DNA of 63,997 nucleotides, counting the filler, from Stramenopiles sp. TOSAG23-6 (taxonomy: Eukaryota): the NCBI GenBank assembly GCA_900128565.1. It is 10 parts of 10 records of this genome, joined end to end, with 100 filler letters (N's around TTAATTAATTAA, not from the genome) between each part and the next. Parts side by side here need not be neighbours in the genome. Positions count along the whole stretch, not along the records: positions 44,983 to 51,298 come from LT636724.1; positions 51,399 to 57,703 come from LT636725.1; 8 more parts are not named here. One strand, 5' to 3'. Position numbers and translations under genes: made by a program. Each line of letters begins with the position of its first letter. The first letter of the stretch is position 1. This document shows, one piece after another, positions 45,866 to 57,115 of the stretch. The notes under the pieces are model-generated. The model saw nothing but the letters and a program-made list of their open reading frames with translations. It was not told the origin of the DNA and searched no databases.

Positions 45866-46179
45866 ATTTTGAACTCAAATATGGGTTTCAAGACGTTTTT
45901 ATACCTAGGAATTATGCAAATACACTATTATTCCCTTTGTTACTTGACAATTTACGTTTTCTGTGATGTAGAGCGAGCCAAGGAAATTGATAGTCTAAAC
46001 TTTAAAGGGAGGAGAACAAAAAATTAGACAAAAAAATGATTTCGATTTTTGAGATATTTCGATTTTTCGATTCTGATTTGATTTCGCTCCTCTAGGCCTA
46101 CAGTTTTAAAGTCAAAAAATACTTCATTTTTTTGTTACCTTGAAAAGGTTCATTTATTGGTAAACTTATCTTAATTTAT

Positions 46180-49100
46180 TTATTCATCAAGCTCTTTTGC
46201 TAAATTCAACAGTTTTTTTGCTTCTCCAACATAAATATGAGTTCCAGGACGATTTCGACGAATACTAAGCATTTTCTCATTACTTTTAGTCCAGCCAGTA
46301 GTACGTCTTGACAATTTCGTATTTTTTCGTCGGTGATTTCGTGTACTCTGACGATTCAAATTTTTCTTTTTAAAATTAAAATTTAATTCCTTTCTTTGTT
46401 TAGGTTTTCTATTTCGGTTTCTGGTACCTTTTTTACTTGTGTTTCTATCTTGTGTAATTGACGGAAATAGATTCTTACAACGATTTAATTCATTTGGGGT
46501 CCTTCGACAATAATTTTCATTTTTTTGTCTTAATTGAGAGAGTTCTTCTTTAATAGTAAGCAAGACCGGAAGATATTGTGAACGATTCTTATTCTTTGAA
46601 GGTACATTTATACTATATTGTTTTGGCTTTAAGGATAATTTATCATCTTGTATTGTTTGTTCTTCCTCGGATGAAATAGTTGGTGCTTCAGGTGTTGGCA
46701 GTTCCATTCGTTTTGACTGAAACTCAACTATACTTCTATGTTTTCGATAAGTTAGTCTTTCTGCAGAGTATTGTTTTGATAGTTGGGATAATGCTTTCTT
46801 TATTTCGTGTGGGCGTTGTTGGTCCTTTCTCTTCAAAATTGTTCTACAATTATCTAATGCAAGCGAAAGTTTATTTTCTGTTAGATCTAAAGTATGTTCA
46901 TTCTCAATGCGCATCTGATCAATTAGAGTTGCTCTTTGTAAAGCGTATTTACAAAATTTCGCTGACTCTTCGCATTTGGAGTTGTGTGCTATTACGGCTG
47001 GTATTTCACCATCATTTGTTTCCAGCTCTAACATTCCAACCACATTAACATTTGGAATATTTAACAACCAACGGATAATGTGCAAATGCCCCGCAGATGC
47101 AGCCCAGTGAATCATTGCCCAGCCATGCTTATCTTTGGAAGAAACAAGTGATGTGTATAGAGGACCTGCAGTTACTTTGATATGAGACATCATCCACTTA
47201 AGTATCTTTAAATAACCAATATAAGCAGCAAGATGTAATGCATTACATCCTTCTGCATCACATGCCAAAATCATAGCCCCGTTTGCAACAAGCCACTTAC
47301 ACGCAGCTAAATTACCTTCACTAACTGCAAAATGCAATGGCTGTCGACCAAAGTTATCCGCGGCGTAGACACTTGCGCCGTACTCGAGTAGTATTTCCAT
47401 TGTCTTTATTTGTCCAGCTTGAGCCGCAGAATGTATCGGTTGGAAACCATTTTTATTACTTTTTTTTTCCGCTCCTTCTGTGTAAGCAAGGATCTCTCGT
47501 AACCAATCACAATCACCCTCAGCTGCTACCCAGATAACTTCTGCAATATCGCCATCCAAATCCTCCTCAGAACTTTTATTGTTCCCATTATTTGTGGTAT
47601 TTTCGGCAATATTTTGAATACTATAATCTAGAAGTTTTGTATTACGTAATACTTTGCGTTTTCTTCTTCTATTTTCAAAATCACGAAGTAACACATGCTC
47701 AAATGCTCCTCCTTCTAGAATAAACGACGGGGGAAATAATCCTTGAAAATACTCTTTCCATGATATAGAAAAGTCGTTTTGCTTTTCCATACCTGAAAAN
47801 ATTTTTAGAAGAGAATTCGAATCAATTATTATCCCGCTTTGTAAAAAACCTTTTGAAAAACCTGTCCATGTAACAATATCTGAAATTTCATCAGGATTCA
47901 TAAGTGCCCAAAGTGATTCTGCATTGATACCTCTATGTTTCAATTCTTTTCTTAAATTATCAATGCTCCAAACTTTCTTAGATACTTTCAATGATTTCAA
48001 TGTTGGCATTTTTTCTGAAGATATAAACATATCGCCGGCACTTCGAGGTACCGCAGGTATGGCATTATTGTTACCACCATATGCTCCAGTAACACGGTCC
48101 ACGGCAGATGATACCTGTTCCATTGAACCACCAGCAATATTAACGATGGTTCGGGTTTGACCTTGTTGTACTTTTATTACATCCTTAAGAGTATCGCGAG
48201 ATGCACAACGACTTAGATTTATTCTTCGAGCTACTTTTTGTAGCGCTTTGGCGCGTTTTTCTCTTTGTCTCCCCGTTCTAATATACCACCCCCTCGCTAT
48301 TCTTTGTATTTTGGTCACAGAATTCTCACAGAGAATTTTGTGCTTTTCTCGGTCAAAATTGATATCTTCCATTAATGTATCCTTATCTCGGTCAAAATTG
48401 ATATCTTCCATTAATGTATCCTTATCTTTTATAGTATCATTTGTGTAATTTCTACTTTTATCTTCTACAAGAGGATATTTTTCAATAAAAGATGCTCTTC
48501 TAGAACGAGCACGACTTTCTCTTAACCCTCTTGATATATGATCCATTCGGTCTGCCTCCTCGATAGACATATCATCCGTTGTATCGCCAAATGCACTAGC
48601 CCACCAAGGACCATTTTGTTTGTTATAATTCAGTGGAGTATCTCTGAAGAGCCCCCCACCAGCTTTTGTTAGTTCAGAGACAATATTATCAATGATTTTT
48701 GTATACTCTCTTGTATTCAAAGCATAACGATGATCTAATCGTTTACGACCATTCATCGTTGGGCAAGATTTGCGTTTCCTTCGCCATTTCTCTTCAGATT
48801 CTTTTTCTTTTGCGAGACATTTCTGAAGTTTCCTTTGTAGTCTTGAACGAAGTTGACTTTGTCTTTTACTCTCTGCTTCCTTAGCCTTTATCATCGCTTG
48901 TTCCTCTCGACTCGCTTTTTCTTTTTCATCTTCTTTTAATGCTTCTCCTGTTATACCATTTTCTTTCATAGATGCTCTTTCTGCATCTTGAATAGCTTTC
49001 TGTAGTGCAACACTTCCAGAAGATTTATTTGATTCTGTTGCAGTTTGACTTGCGATCTTCAATGCAACCATACAAGCCTTTATGATTATGGATCCCTTTT

Positions 49101-51234
49101 GTATGGCCAAATTGCTCTCTTTAACTTGCTCACGCGAATCACGCAAAATTTTGAGTGACGCGTTGCGCTTTTTAGAGATGATTGCAAATTTTGCTTTTAC
49201 TTGTGATGTTCTCTTCTTTAGACGATTGATCAAAGATTTCTTCTCCGAAAGTGTTGATTGCATTTTTTGCAGTTCTAATTTGGTAGAACGTTTCTTTCCC
49301 TGAGCGATATTATTTTCTTTAGCTGCAGCATCCGCCTTCATCCTAGCAAAATCAACTTTCTTCTGTGTATTGTATAAGTTATTTTTGAGACACTCTACTT
49401 CACGCTCGAATTCCAAAGCTGCATTTTTTGTGATTTGTAACTCAACTTCAATAAGTTTCCTCTTCGTTTCATTCTCCTCCAGTCGTTTTGATGAAATATG
49501 TTGAGATGTGAGAACTGCAATTGCTTTCTTCGTTCTGGATCCATACATTGCACGCATAATTATGTTACGTTTGCTGTGAGCAATACGCATACCTTCTATT
49601 TTTAGTTTCATCATTCTTTCATCTAATTTTAGTTTATTTAATTGCATTACGATTTTGTCCATTTTTGCAACAGCATTTAAATGTAATTCTTTCTTCTTTT
49701 GCAATGAAAGAGTTTTTTTTTTCATTTCCATTTGCATTTGTTTCACTTTGGTGTCTAGATTTAAGACAGCCTCTTTCGCATGTACAGCTTTATTATTGAC
49801 GTGTTTCTCAACTTGAGATAATTCATCTAAATTACTCAGTGATGTGTCTAATTTATCTTTAATCTGTTGCTCCTCAGCATTATGTTTATGCAATAATGAG
49901 GACCACTTATCATCTTCCGCGCGAGTTTCTCCGTAAGTAGACTCAAAGGCTTTCAATGTTTGAAGAGCTGAATGGATTTGACTTTGAGAAGTATATAAAA
50001 GAAACTCATTTTTTGCATTTTTATAAACAGACAATGCATGATTATAATGTATCTGTGTCATTTCTAATGCACTAGAATGCTTTTCAGATATAATTTTTGA
50101 CTTCACAAGATTACCCTCTATTGAGCTTAATTCAAGAAGACATGATGCCTTTTCTTCCTCGAGTAGTCTTATGTCAGTGTTTGCTTGCTTCACATCATCA
50201 AGAGCCAGAAGAATTTTTTGGTCCTCTCTGAATTTTTCAGTCTCAAGTTTTCTCTGCGCGACGCACAAAGAACGCCATTCACTTTCTCGAAGTTCTTCTT
50301 GTCGCATTAAATCCGAAATTTCCATTGTTCTACCATTTATTTCTTCTTTCAATGATACAATACTTCGCTCTCCAGAATTACCCTTACCTTTCTCAATTGA
50401 GACTTTCTTCTTTTGCGCATTTAAGTCAATTGTCTCTTTAACTATTTTGGCATGTACTGACTTTATCTCCTCTACGAGATTTTCATATAGAGCTGTTGAG
50501 TTTTTCCTCTTTTTAGATAACTCTTCAAGTGCGAGTATACCACTATTTGTTTCTTTGCTTAGACTTGCGTATTTTCCGTCTTCATTTTTGCTTCCTAATG
50601 TTGACAAAAATCTTTGTGTGCGAATGCTCTTTTGTTCTTTATTTTTCTGTAGTTGAAGTTTCTCTTCCTCTTCTGCAAAATTCATTACTTTCCGTGCTTG
50701 TATGAGTTCGATATCTATTTCTTCGACAATACAAGAAAGCTTTCGTATAGAAGCTGATTTCAGATTTACTTTATCTTCTGCTATTTTGACTTGTGTTCTA
50801 GCGTTATTACACACATCCTCAAATTCTTCAATATCATTTTCAGCTTTAATGTTAGTCAAACGGTGTTCAGAGATCAGTTTTCGGGACACGTCTAGAGATT
50901 TCTTTGCGTATAATGTTTTGATATTAGCAGCTCTACTACCGATGTGTTTATCCTTGGATAACTTTCTGAATTTATTCACAGCGAAACCACTTTTTTCTAC
51001 AATTGATTTTGCATTTTTAAGCTTCATATTGATTTTATCTAATCTATCTGTACACTCTTTTCGAGATCTCAAAATCATCGTTTCGTGTTTCTCTGCCATT
51101 GTCGCATCATTCTGATTATTCATTAGTTTTAGCTTCACAGACTCAAGGTTTTCCTTCGCCCGGAACTCAGCTAAAGTGGACTTCGCTATTGTAGCTTCGA
51201 TTTGAGCTTGTTTAAGTAAACTTTGACTTGCCAT
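46180..51234 (-). CDS. Long coiled-coil protein with IQ motif and ankyrin repeats
   Basis: KIQRIARGW; GFQPIHSAA, GRQPLHFAV, GCNALHLAA, GWAMIHWAA. Confidence 0.8.
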   Translation of the reverse strand: MASQSLLKQAQIEATIAKSTLAEFRAKENLESVKLKLMNNQNDATMAEKHETMILRSRKECTDRLDKINMKLKNAKSIVEKSGFAVNKFRKLSKDKHIGSRAANIKTLYAKKSLDVSRKLISEHRLTNIKAENDIEEFEDVCNNARTQVKIAEDKVNLKSASIRKLSCIVEEIDIELIQARKVMNFAEEEEKLQLQKNKEQKSIRTQRFLSTLGSKNEDGKYASLSKETNSGILALEELSKKRKNSTALYENLVEEIKSVHAKIVKETIDLNAQKKKVSIEKGKGNSGERSIVSLKEEINGRTMEISDLMRQEELRESEWRSLCVAQRKLETEKFREDQKILLALDDVKQANTDIRLLEEEKASCLLELSSIEGNLVKSKIISEKHSSALEMTQIHYNHALSVYKNAKNEFLLYTSQSQIHSALQTLKAFESTYGETRAEDDKWSSLLHKHNAEEQQIKDKLDTSLSNLDELSQVEKHVNNKAVHAKEAVLNLDTKVKQMQMEMKKKTLSLQKKKELHLNAVAKMDKIVMQLNKLKLDERMMKLKIEGMRIAHSKRNIIMRAMYGSRTKKAIAVLTSQHISSKRLEENETKRKLIEVELQITKNAALEFEREVECLKNNLYNTQKKVDFARMKADAAAKENNIAQGKKRSTKLELQKMQSTLSEKKSLINRLKKRTSQVKAKFAIISKKRNASLKILRDSREQVKESNLAIQKGSIIIKACMVALKIASQTATESNKSSGSVALQKAIQDAERASMKENGITGEALKEDEKEKASREEQAMIKAKEAESKRQSQLRSRLQRKLQKCLAKEKESEEKWRRKRKSCPTMNGRKRLDHRYALNTREYTKIIDNIVSELTKAGGGLFRDTPLNYNKQNGPWWASAFGDTTDDMSIEEADRMDHISRGLRESRARSRRASFIEKYPLVEDKSRNYTNDTIKDKDTLMEDINFDRDKDTLMEDINFDREKHKILCENSVTKIQRIARGWYIRTGRQREKRAKALQKVARRINLSRCASRDTLKDVIKVQQGQTRTIVNIAGGSMEQVSSAVDRVTGAYGGNNNAIPAVPRSAGDMFISSEKMPTLKSLKVSKKVWSIDNLRKELKHRGINAESLWALMNPDEISDIVTWTGFSKGFLQSGIIIDSNSLLKXFSGMEKQNDFSISWKEYFQGLFPPSFILEGGAFEHVLLRDFENRRRKRKVLRNTKLLDYSIQNIAENTTNNGNNKSSEEDLDGDIAEVIWVAAEGDCDWLREILAYTEGAEKKSNKNGFQPIHSAAQAGQIKTMEILLEYGASVYAADNFGRQPLHFAVSEGNLAACKWLVANGAMILACDAEGCNALHLAAYIGYLKILKWMMSHIKVTAGPLYTSLVSSKDKHGWAMIHWAASAGHLHIIRWLLNIPNVNVVGMLELETNDGEIPAVIAHNSKCEESAKFCKYALQRATLIDQMRIENEHTLDLTENKLSLALDNCRTILKRKDQQRPHEIKKALSQLSKQYSAERLTYRKHRSIVEFQSKRMELPTPEAPTISSEEEQTIQDDKLSLKPKQYSINVPSKNKNRSQYLPVLLTIKEELSQLRQKNENYCRRTPNELNRCKNLFPSITQDRNTSKKGTRNRNRKPKQRKELNFNFKKKNLNRQSTRNHRRKNTKLSRRTTGWTKSNEKMLSIRRNRPGTHIYVGEAKKLLNLAKELDE
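48347..48428. repeat. 39-bp in-frame tandem duplication (DKDTLMEDINFDR twice)
   Basis: TCTCGGTCAAAATTGATATCTTCCATTAATGTATCCTTA occurs twice. Confidence 0.85.
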
Positions 51235-51398
51235 ATATTATTTTCGCAAATCTTCTACCGTTCTGTCATTATGAGATTTCTTGGTAGATTCAAGCATGNN
51301 NNNNNNNNNNNNNNNNNNNNNNNNNNNNNNNNNNNNNNNNNNTTAATTAATTAANNNNNNNNNNNNNNNNNNNNNNNNNNNNNNNNNNNNNNNNNNNN

Positions 51399-51437
51399 TT
51401 TTTAGATTTTTTTTTGAAATATTTTTCCAAAATACAT
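51399..51437 (+). mobile_element. Repeated intron, 3' end at contig start (AT acceptor)
   Basis: TTTTGAAATATTTTTCCAAAATACAT. Confidence 0.8.
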
Positions 51438-51848
51438 CTTACATTTCAAATGAGTGTTGTTGAAGCAGGTGCTGATTCATCGATATCAACAGAACAACAA
51501 ATACTTGAACATGCAATGCTTGAATCTACGAGGCTTCATAGAGAAGCACAGAATGATGTTTTACAGCAAGCTCTGAAGGCTTCAAAAAGTAGTAGTGAGA
51601 CGAATGATGCACAGACTTCAATAGAAGAGAGAAATAGATTATTAAAAATGCATCAAGACAATGAAGAGAAACAGGTTCGTGATGCGATTGCAGCTTCAAT
51701 GGAATCTGTTGGTGTTGATGAAACATCTGTAGCAACTCTCATGGCTACAGGGTTTACGAGAGATTTGTGTCTTCAAGCATTGTCAAGATCAGGTGGAAAT
51801 ATAGATATAGCAATGAATATTTTACTTGCTAATTCACAGTATACTTAG
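51438..51848 (+). CDS. C-terminal exon of a UIM/UBA ubiquitin-binding protein
   Basis: LEHAMLES, LQQALKAS, VRDAIAASM; LMATGFTRDLCLQALSRSGGNIDIAMNILL. Confidence 0.75.
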   Translation, partial: LTFQMSVVEAGADSSISTEQQILEHAMLESTRLHREAQNDVLQQALKASKSSSETNDAQTSIEERNRLLKMHQDNEEKQVRDAIAASMESVGVDETSVATLMATGFTRDLCLQALSRSGGNIDIAMNILLANSQYT

Positions 51849-51925
51849 GGATTTAGTATGAAGGAATATAATAAAAAATCATTGATATTTATTCTTGTAT
51901 ATAATATCATTATGCATTACTGTCA

Positions 51926-52583
51926 TTATGCAATTCCTGGAAGTCGACCTAATTGTTTATATACAGCTTTATGCCATCTTTCTGCATCACACATCATATC
52001 CTGTAACTTGTAAATACGGCCTGGTGTTACAATATCAAAAAATTTGTTATCCCGTAAAACAACTTCAAGCCCATCAGACCATGGCATTTCCCCTTTTAAT
52101 TCGTTGGTCATTGGATCAAGATATATCAAACGAGGATGGTCAGTTAAAAGTAGTGTTCTATTCTTTGTGGATAGATAACGACGTTTCACTACAGGACCAC
52201 TGAGTAATATTTTTTCCCCATCTAGTAATATTGAAGAATATAATCCATCATCTTTTNTTGAAGAATATAATCCATCATCTTTTCTACATGCATCATTCAT
52301 CATATGACTATAACGTTTGTTTTGTTTTGAGGTATCTGAATTGTGTTCGACCCATGGAGATTCTGGAGGTTCCATTGCTCCTTCACGATGTTGAATTTGA
52401 CGTGATAATGACTCAAAGTCAGAATCTTCCAAAGCATCAAGTTTAAGAGATAAATCAGCGTAATTATTTTGTATAATATCAAATCGAGTGAGTGAAAGTT
52501 CGAAATTTTCAAGTGTACATTTTGTACTGGTTTTACTTTCATTTGTAGAACTCATTGCAATGCCATTTGTAATAAAAGGAGAC
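51926..52583 (-). CDS. C-terminal exon of a PDK1-like kinase (PDK1-type PH domain)
   Basis: ILLSGPVVKRR...RTLLLTDHPRLIYLDP...LKGEMPWS...FDIVTPGRIYKL. Confidence 0.8.
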
Positions 52584-52693
52584 ATGTATTGTGGAAAAAT
52601 ATTTGAAAAAAAAATCTAAAAAAATTGTTAGGTACAAAATTTCGTACGAAAAAAAATTCGATTTTTTTGTTAAAAAAAATAAATAAAACATAC
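52584..52693 (-). mobile_element. Repeated intron (GT-AT), 110 nt, bridging exons of two different genes
   Basis: Full consensus; donor is phase 0 (importin) and acceptor is phase 2 (PDK1 PH). Confidence 0.8.
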
Positions 52694-53698
52694 ATAATTT
52701 AGACACAATTGAGACACTCTATCCGTACAAAATCGACCACGACTTCGCCAACTTAAAACATCCATCACAGTACCAAGCAAACCAGGAGCAATGTTATTCA
52801 CGAAAAACTTTGATAATTCTTGGTGTTCCTTTTGAGCGTAATCCGGATTCCCATATCGCGAAAAAAATCGTGCAATAATTTGCATAATCCATTTTTTCAA
52901 TTTCCACCATATCCATTCTCTGCGTTCCTCTAACGCAGTGGGCTGACCAGCAGGTTGTAAACCTTCTGAAGCTTCTGGTAGAGGTTTAGCTAACATGGTA
53001 TTGAACATGCCCATCCAACTTTGAAGTAAAGTCGTATTTGATACAAATTTATTCACACAATACTGCATAGCAGACCAATACGTTTTGCAACAGATTTTTA
53101 ATATTTCTGCATGTGCAGGGTTGTCAGAGTTCATGTATGCCTGTACAATTTGTTGTAATACAGGGAAAGAAGTATCAACCATGAGCTCCATCGCTTGACG
53201 TTCACCTTCCGGACGCCACTGATACTTCTTGACAAGTTTACGCAGTAACAATAGAGCGTTAAACATCCTACCCGTATCTGCAGAATTTGTTATTTCTGTC
53301 ATAATTTGATTCATTAGATTAGGCCAGTTTCCAGGAAACTCAACCAAAGCGATCTGTAAGATCACCTCCGCCACGAGTTCACGAAGTGAGTGATCCGTTT
53401 GGCTCATAAATACCCCAAAAACGTGCTCCATCATCTGAGATTTATCTGAAGGGCACATACTCCCCCAATGTAACGATTGTGGGGGACATGACGCATCTAA
53501 GCCATTCTTTAGCATTACACCAGCCGACTGACGGAGTGCTTTGTGCACAGACTCGGTATTGACAATTTGTAAAAGGGAGACGAGAAATCCGTTCTGAGTC
53601 TGTTGTGAAACCAAAAAAGCTTCTGCTGCGCGACGAGCCTCATTGTTTGCTGATAGAGTGGCCTGGAGCGCCTCATGCAGTTTAGCTGTATCCATCAC
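52694..53698 (-). CDS. Importin-7/8 family, N-terminal exon
   Basis: IBN_N domain; EFPGNWP; WWKLKKW...RFFSRYGNP. Confidence 0.88.
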
Positions 53699-53993
53699 AG
53701 CAAAACTCCGTGGTTTATTGTAAACTTCAGGAGGACAGCAATTTCAATTGTCGTCACACTCGAAATGCTGGCACCAATGACTTTCAATATGACTGAAGCC
53801 AGTCATTTGTACCAAAATTTAGTACGAAAAAAACTCATATTTGAACTGAATCTCTTCAAATTGGTACCGGGTACAAGTAATTAAATGTTCATTTCGTGGG
53901 TGAAATGAACAGCACGCACTGTCAGCACACTTTAATTAAAGAGCATTGTTTGCGCTCTGTTTGCGCAAACCATAATACACATTAATTGTAACA

Positions 53994-55277
53994 ATGAACC
54001 TTGTAATTTTAATTGCTTTGCTTTCAGCGTCCGTAATCGCGATTTTGTTGTTGTTGCGGTCGGAATATCTGCATTCTGGCGCACCTCGAGCTCCAATTCG
54101 TGAATTGGAGGAATTAGACAATGTCTTCTTTTTGATTGCTGCACCAACCCTACAGCTTTACGATAACTTTGAACGATTTGCCCGAGATAACAACAACAAC
54201 GTCAAACTTGTCATTGAAGCCGACTTACCATCATACAAAAACTTCTGTGACATTCATGCTGCTGGATTAAACCCCGATATGTATGGTAAAACAAAGATGA
54301 CTATCGAAGAGGGTGTAGCTACTAAGACCATCGAAGGCGCTCTAGCTGCGAATCTTCGTAGCCCACACGCAAAACCTCCCGGAGCAGACAATGTTACCCT
54401 CGCATTTAAAGACCAAATCACTCTTCCATTGCCAAAGGAAGAACAACTCGCACAAGATCAATATGCGTACATGTCTAACGAAGTGGCAGAGTCAATACAA
54501 AAATTTCTCGAATATGCTACCGACAACGAGATTGAAGTATTCTGGACAATCACGCCTCGAAATAAGCGACCCCACTTAAGTACATTTGACGGAGAGACGC
54601 TACGTTTTGATAAGTCGCCAAACGAAAACTTTACAAAAATTGCTGAACTGATGGCAGCTCTTATTGAAAAAACAAGTACAGATTGGAGTGATGTTGATGG
54701 CATCCCCAAAAACTTGGCTCAAGCAATTTTTCAATATACACCAGGGAGACTAGACAAAGAAATCGGTGTTAATAGACACGGAACTTATATGGCTGATCCT
54801 CTTACCATACTCCTCTCAATGAAATTTATGCAAGATCCAAAAATGTGGAAGCGTTACAAGTTTTCTCCAGAGAAATCAGGGATCAAAACAGCCACACATT
54901 CAAAGGTGAAGGGTGCCGAGTTTCCATTTTATTCAGCTAATTTCGAACGTGTGGACGACCCGCATGATCCGGTTACAAATTTTGTATTTGATGTTGACAA
55001 CGAAGAGTGGATTGAAGAATTCATAAACTATCTTGAAAAACTACTTGAAGAAACTAAACAAGATGGTTTTGAAAAAGTTTTCGGGAATGTAATGATGGGT
55101 CACGATGCATTGCTGAATGATATGGATGACCCCGCTGCGAATAATATTGCGGAATCGGCGAGTGTATCATTTCACAAGGAGAGCTCTGTAATATCATTTA
55201 ACAATCATGGCGATGTCAGAGGTCAAACACGTGCCAGATCGAGATCCCCAGCTAACTTTCGGGCGAGTCTGCCGTAA
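53994..55277 (+). CDS. Secreted or anchored protein of unknown function
   Basis: 427 aa intronless ORF with a hydrophobic N-terminus. Confidence 0.7.
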   Translation: MNLVILIALLSASVIAILLLLRSEYLHSGAPRAPIRELEELDNVFFLIAAPTLQLYDNFERFARDNNNNVKLVIEADLPSYKNFCDIHAAGLNPDMYGKTKMTIEEGVATKTIEGALAANLRSPHAKPPGADNVTLAFKDQITLPLPKEEQLAQDQYAYMSNEVAESIQKFLEYATDNEIEVFWTITPRNKRPHLSTFDGETLRFDKSPNENFTKIAELMAALIEKTSTDWSDVDGIPKNLAQAIFQYTPGRLDKEIGVNRHGTYMADPLTILLSMKFMQDPKMWKRYKFSPEKSGIKTATHSKVKGAEFPFYSANFERVDDPHDPVTNFVFDVDNEEWIEEFINYLEKLLEETKQDGFEKVFGNVMMGHDALLNDMDDPAANNIAESASVSFHKESSVISFNNHGDVRGQTRARSRSPANFRASLP

Positions 55278-55548
55278 CTTGTAGGTGATTCAGCCGGCGA
55301 GAACCTGTGGTATTTATTCAATACATTCGAGAAATCAATGATGTACATAGTAATTCATTTACTATATATTTATCGCCATATATTCGAGACATAAAATAAA
55401 AAATATGGGCAGAATAATGTAAAACGATTTTTATTTTCTGTATATAATATACGACAACGTAATCAGTATCACCAAAGACTTACCATCCTGATGAATTCAA
55501 AAGTTACCTTGAGTCTAAATTCTGAAGATTGTTACCAGAACAGCAATT

Positions 55549-56826
55549 TTACCGTCTAATTCCGTAGTCAGCAAAACCCGCTCCGTCTTTTTCCTCTGGG
55601 AGTCTTTCTGTATGTCGATTGTGATGTGTCAGTTCCCATCTATGCATCCATGGTCCAGATATTGTTGTATCAAAATCATCCACGAATTTAACACCATGCT
55701 CTCTTCGTTCGATATCAACAGACTTCTTCACAGCAGCTAATGTCTCTGAATTCAAATCTGCTTGCTGTAAATGTGTCCGATCAACATTCGCAAAATTATT
55801 CCATTCTATAATATCTTCAGTTCCAGCAGTATAATTCGCCTGCCGCATCAAAACACTATCCTTCAAACCATGAAAACCATTTGGCTCACCATCTCGCTGG
55901 TACCTTAAATCTAAACTCCAGCGGACACCGTTTCCGTAGTTCTCAGTGCTTCGATGGGGGATGATATTATTGAGGAACAATACGCTACCATAGGGAACTT
56001 CACACGTGACAATATCCTTCTCAAGATCAAGCGAAAGAGTCTCGATCATTTCTTCTTCTGATAGATCATTATACCAGGTCCCACCGACACAACAAGTGTG
56101 TTCACAAGTAATACCCTTTCGATGTCCCCCACGAAGTACTTGCATACACCCGTTTTCAGCAGTAGCATTCACAAGAGGTACCCAGGCTGTTAATTGAAGC
56201 TTATCCCAACACTCTTCCGATAAATAACTATTATCTTGATGCCATGGAACTGTACTTTGGCCCTGTGACAAATTGTCTGGTGTTTTGCAACGAATGTTCC
56301 ATACAGGATGACCCACAATAGCATCAGTCGTTCCCAAAATTTGAGACGCTACGTCAAGTAAACTCTTATGTCCCCACAACTTTTGAAGACCACCTGGTAA
56401 AACTCCATGCTTGTGTAAGAGGACATTGAAATGTTCGAATTGTTTGTCAAGTTCAATAAGCCTCGTCTCAAAGGGGGAATCAGCCTTATCGTCTTCGATA
56501 TGACCAGCAGTCTTGAGCTTTTCTGCAATGTCCGAGGTCAGGTCATTTATGCTGGACTTCGCCTCAGAAAGCACATCATGTGGGATTAGGTCATGCTTTA
56601 TCACAAAACCATCCGTGTGAAATTTATCAAGTTCTTCTTCTGTTAGCGAACCGCCATCGAATTTAGGTTTATGTCTCCAACTCTCTACAGTTTCTGCTAG
56701 CTCCGCAGCTGTTTTTTGAGTATTTGCCACACCAAAACATCGAATGGAACGGTCACAACATATACTAGGAAGTGCACGAGTAGTTGTTCCCAAAGGAAGC
56801 ACATGAGTGGTAAACCTCACAAACAT
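55549..56826 (-). CDS. Phytanoyl-CoA dioxygenase (PhyH) family Fe(II)/2OG oxygenase
   Basis: FHTDGFV, VPWHQD, LTAWVPLVNATAENGCM, HRSTEN...RWSLDLRY. Confidence 0.9.
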   Translation of the reverse strand: MFVRFTTHVLPLGTTTRALPSICCDRSIRCFGVANTQKTAAELAETVESWRHKPKFDGGSLTEEELDKFHTDGFVIKHDLIPHDVLSEAKSSINDLTSDIAEKLKTAGHIEDDKADSPFETRLIELDKQFEHFNVLLHKHGVLPGGLQKLWGHKSLLDVASQILGTTDAIVGHPVWNIRCKTPDNLSQGQSTVPWHQDNSYLSEECWDKLQLTAWVPLVNATAENGCMQVLRGGHRKGITCEHTCCVGGTWYNDLSEEEMIETLSLDLEKDIVTCEVPYGSVLFLNNIIPHRSTENYGNGVRWSLDLRYQRDGEPNGFHGLKDSVLMRQANYTAGTEDIIEWNNFANVDRTHLQQADLNSETLAAVKKSVDIERREHGVKFVDDFDTTISGPWMHRWELTHHNRHTERLPEEKDGAGFADYGIRR

Positions 56827-57115
56827 TATAGGCTTTTAACGTTCACTTTTCCTTATTTGATTTGAGAACTAATTCGGTGTGAAAATTTAATATCGCTGAT
56901 TTAGATTCGAGAACACAAGATCTCGATCTTATCTCGAAATAAATCTTGATGTTTGTTGCGGTTTTGTTTGCCATTTTTTTGCGTTTTGACCGATTTGAAT
57001 TAATTGAAATTCAACTCGAACTGAATCTCTTCCACTTTATACACTACAGATTCTTGTTTATCCTTACTTAGAAGTAGTAGCTACTAGAAAAATAAGTTTA
57101 TCTGGTATAGTTACA

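Noticed and set aside
44983-46565. 55-bp inverted duplication (44983-45037 vs 46511-46565)
   Set aside because: It sits at a contig end and joins through a homopolymer run, typical of an amplification or assembly chimera; the inner copy lies in an intact ORF, so it is not a TIR.
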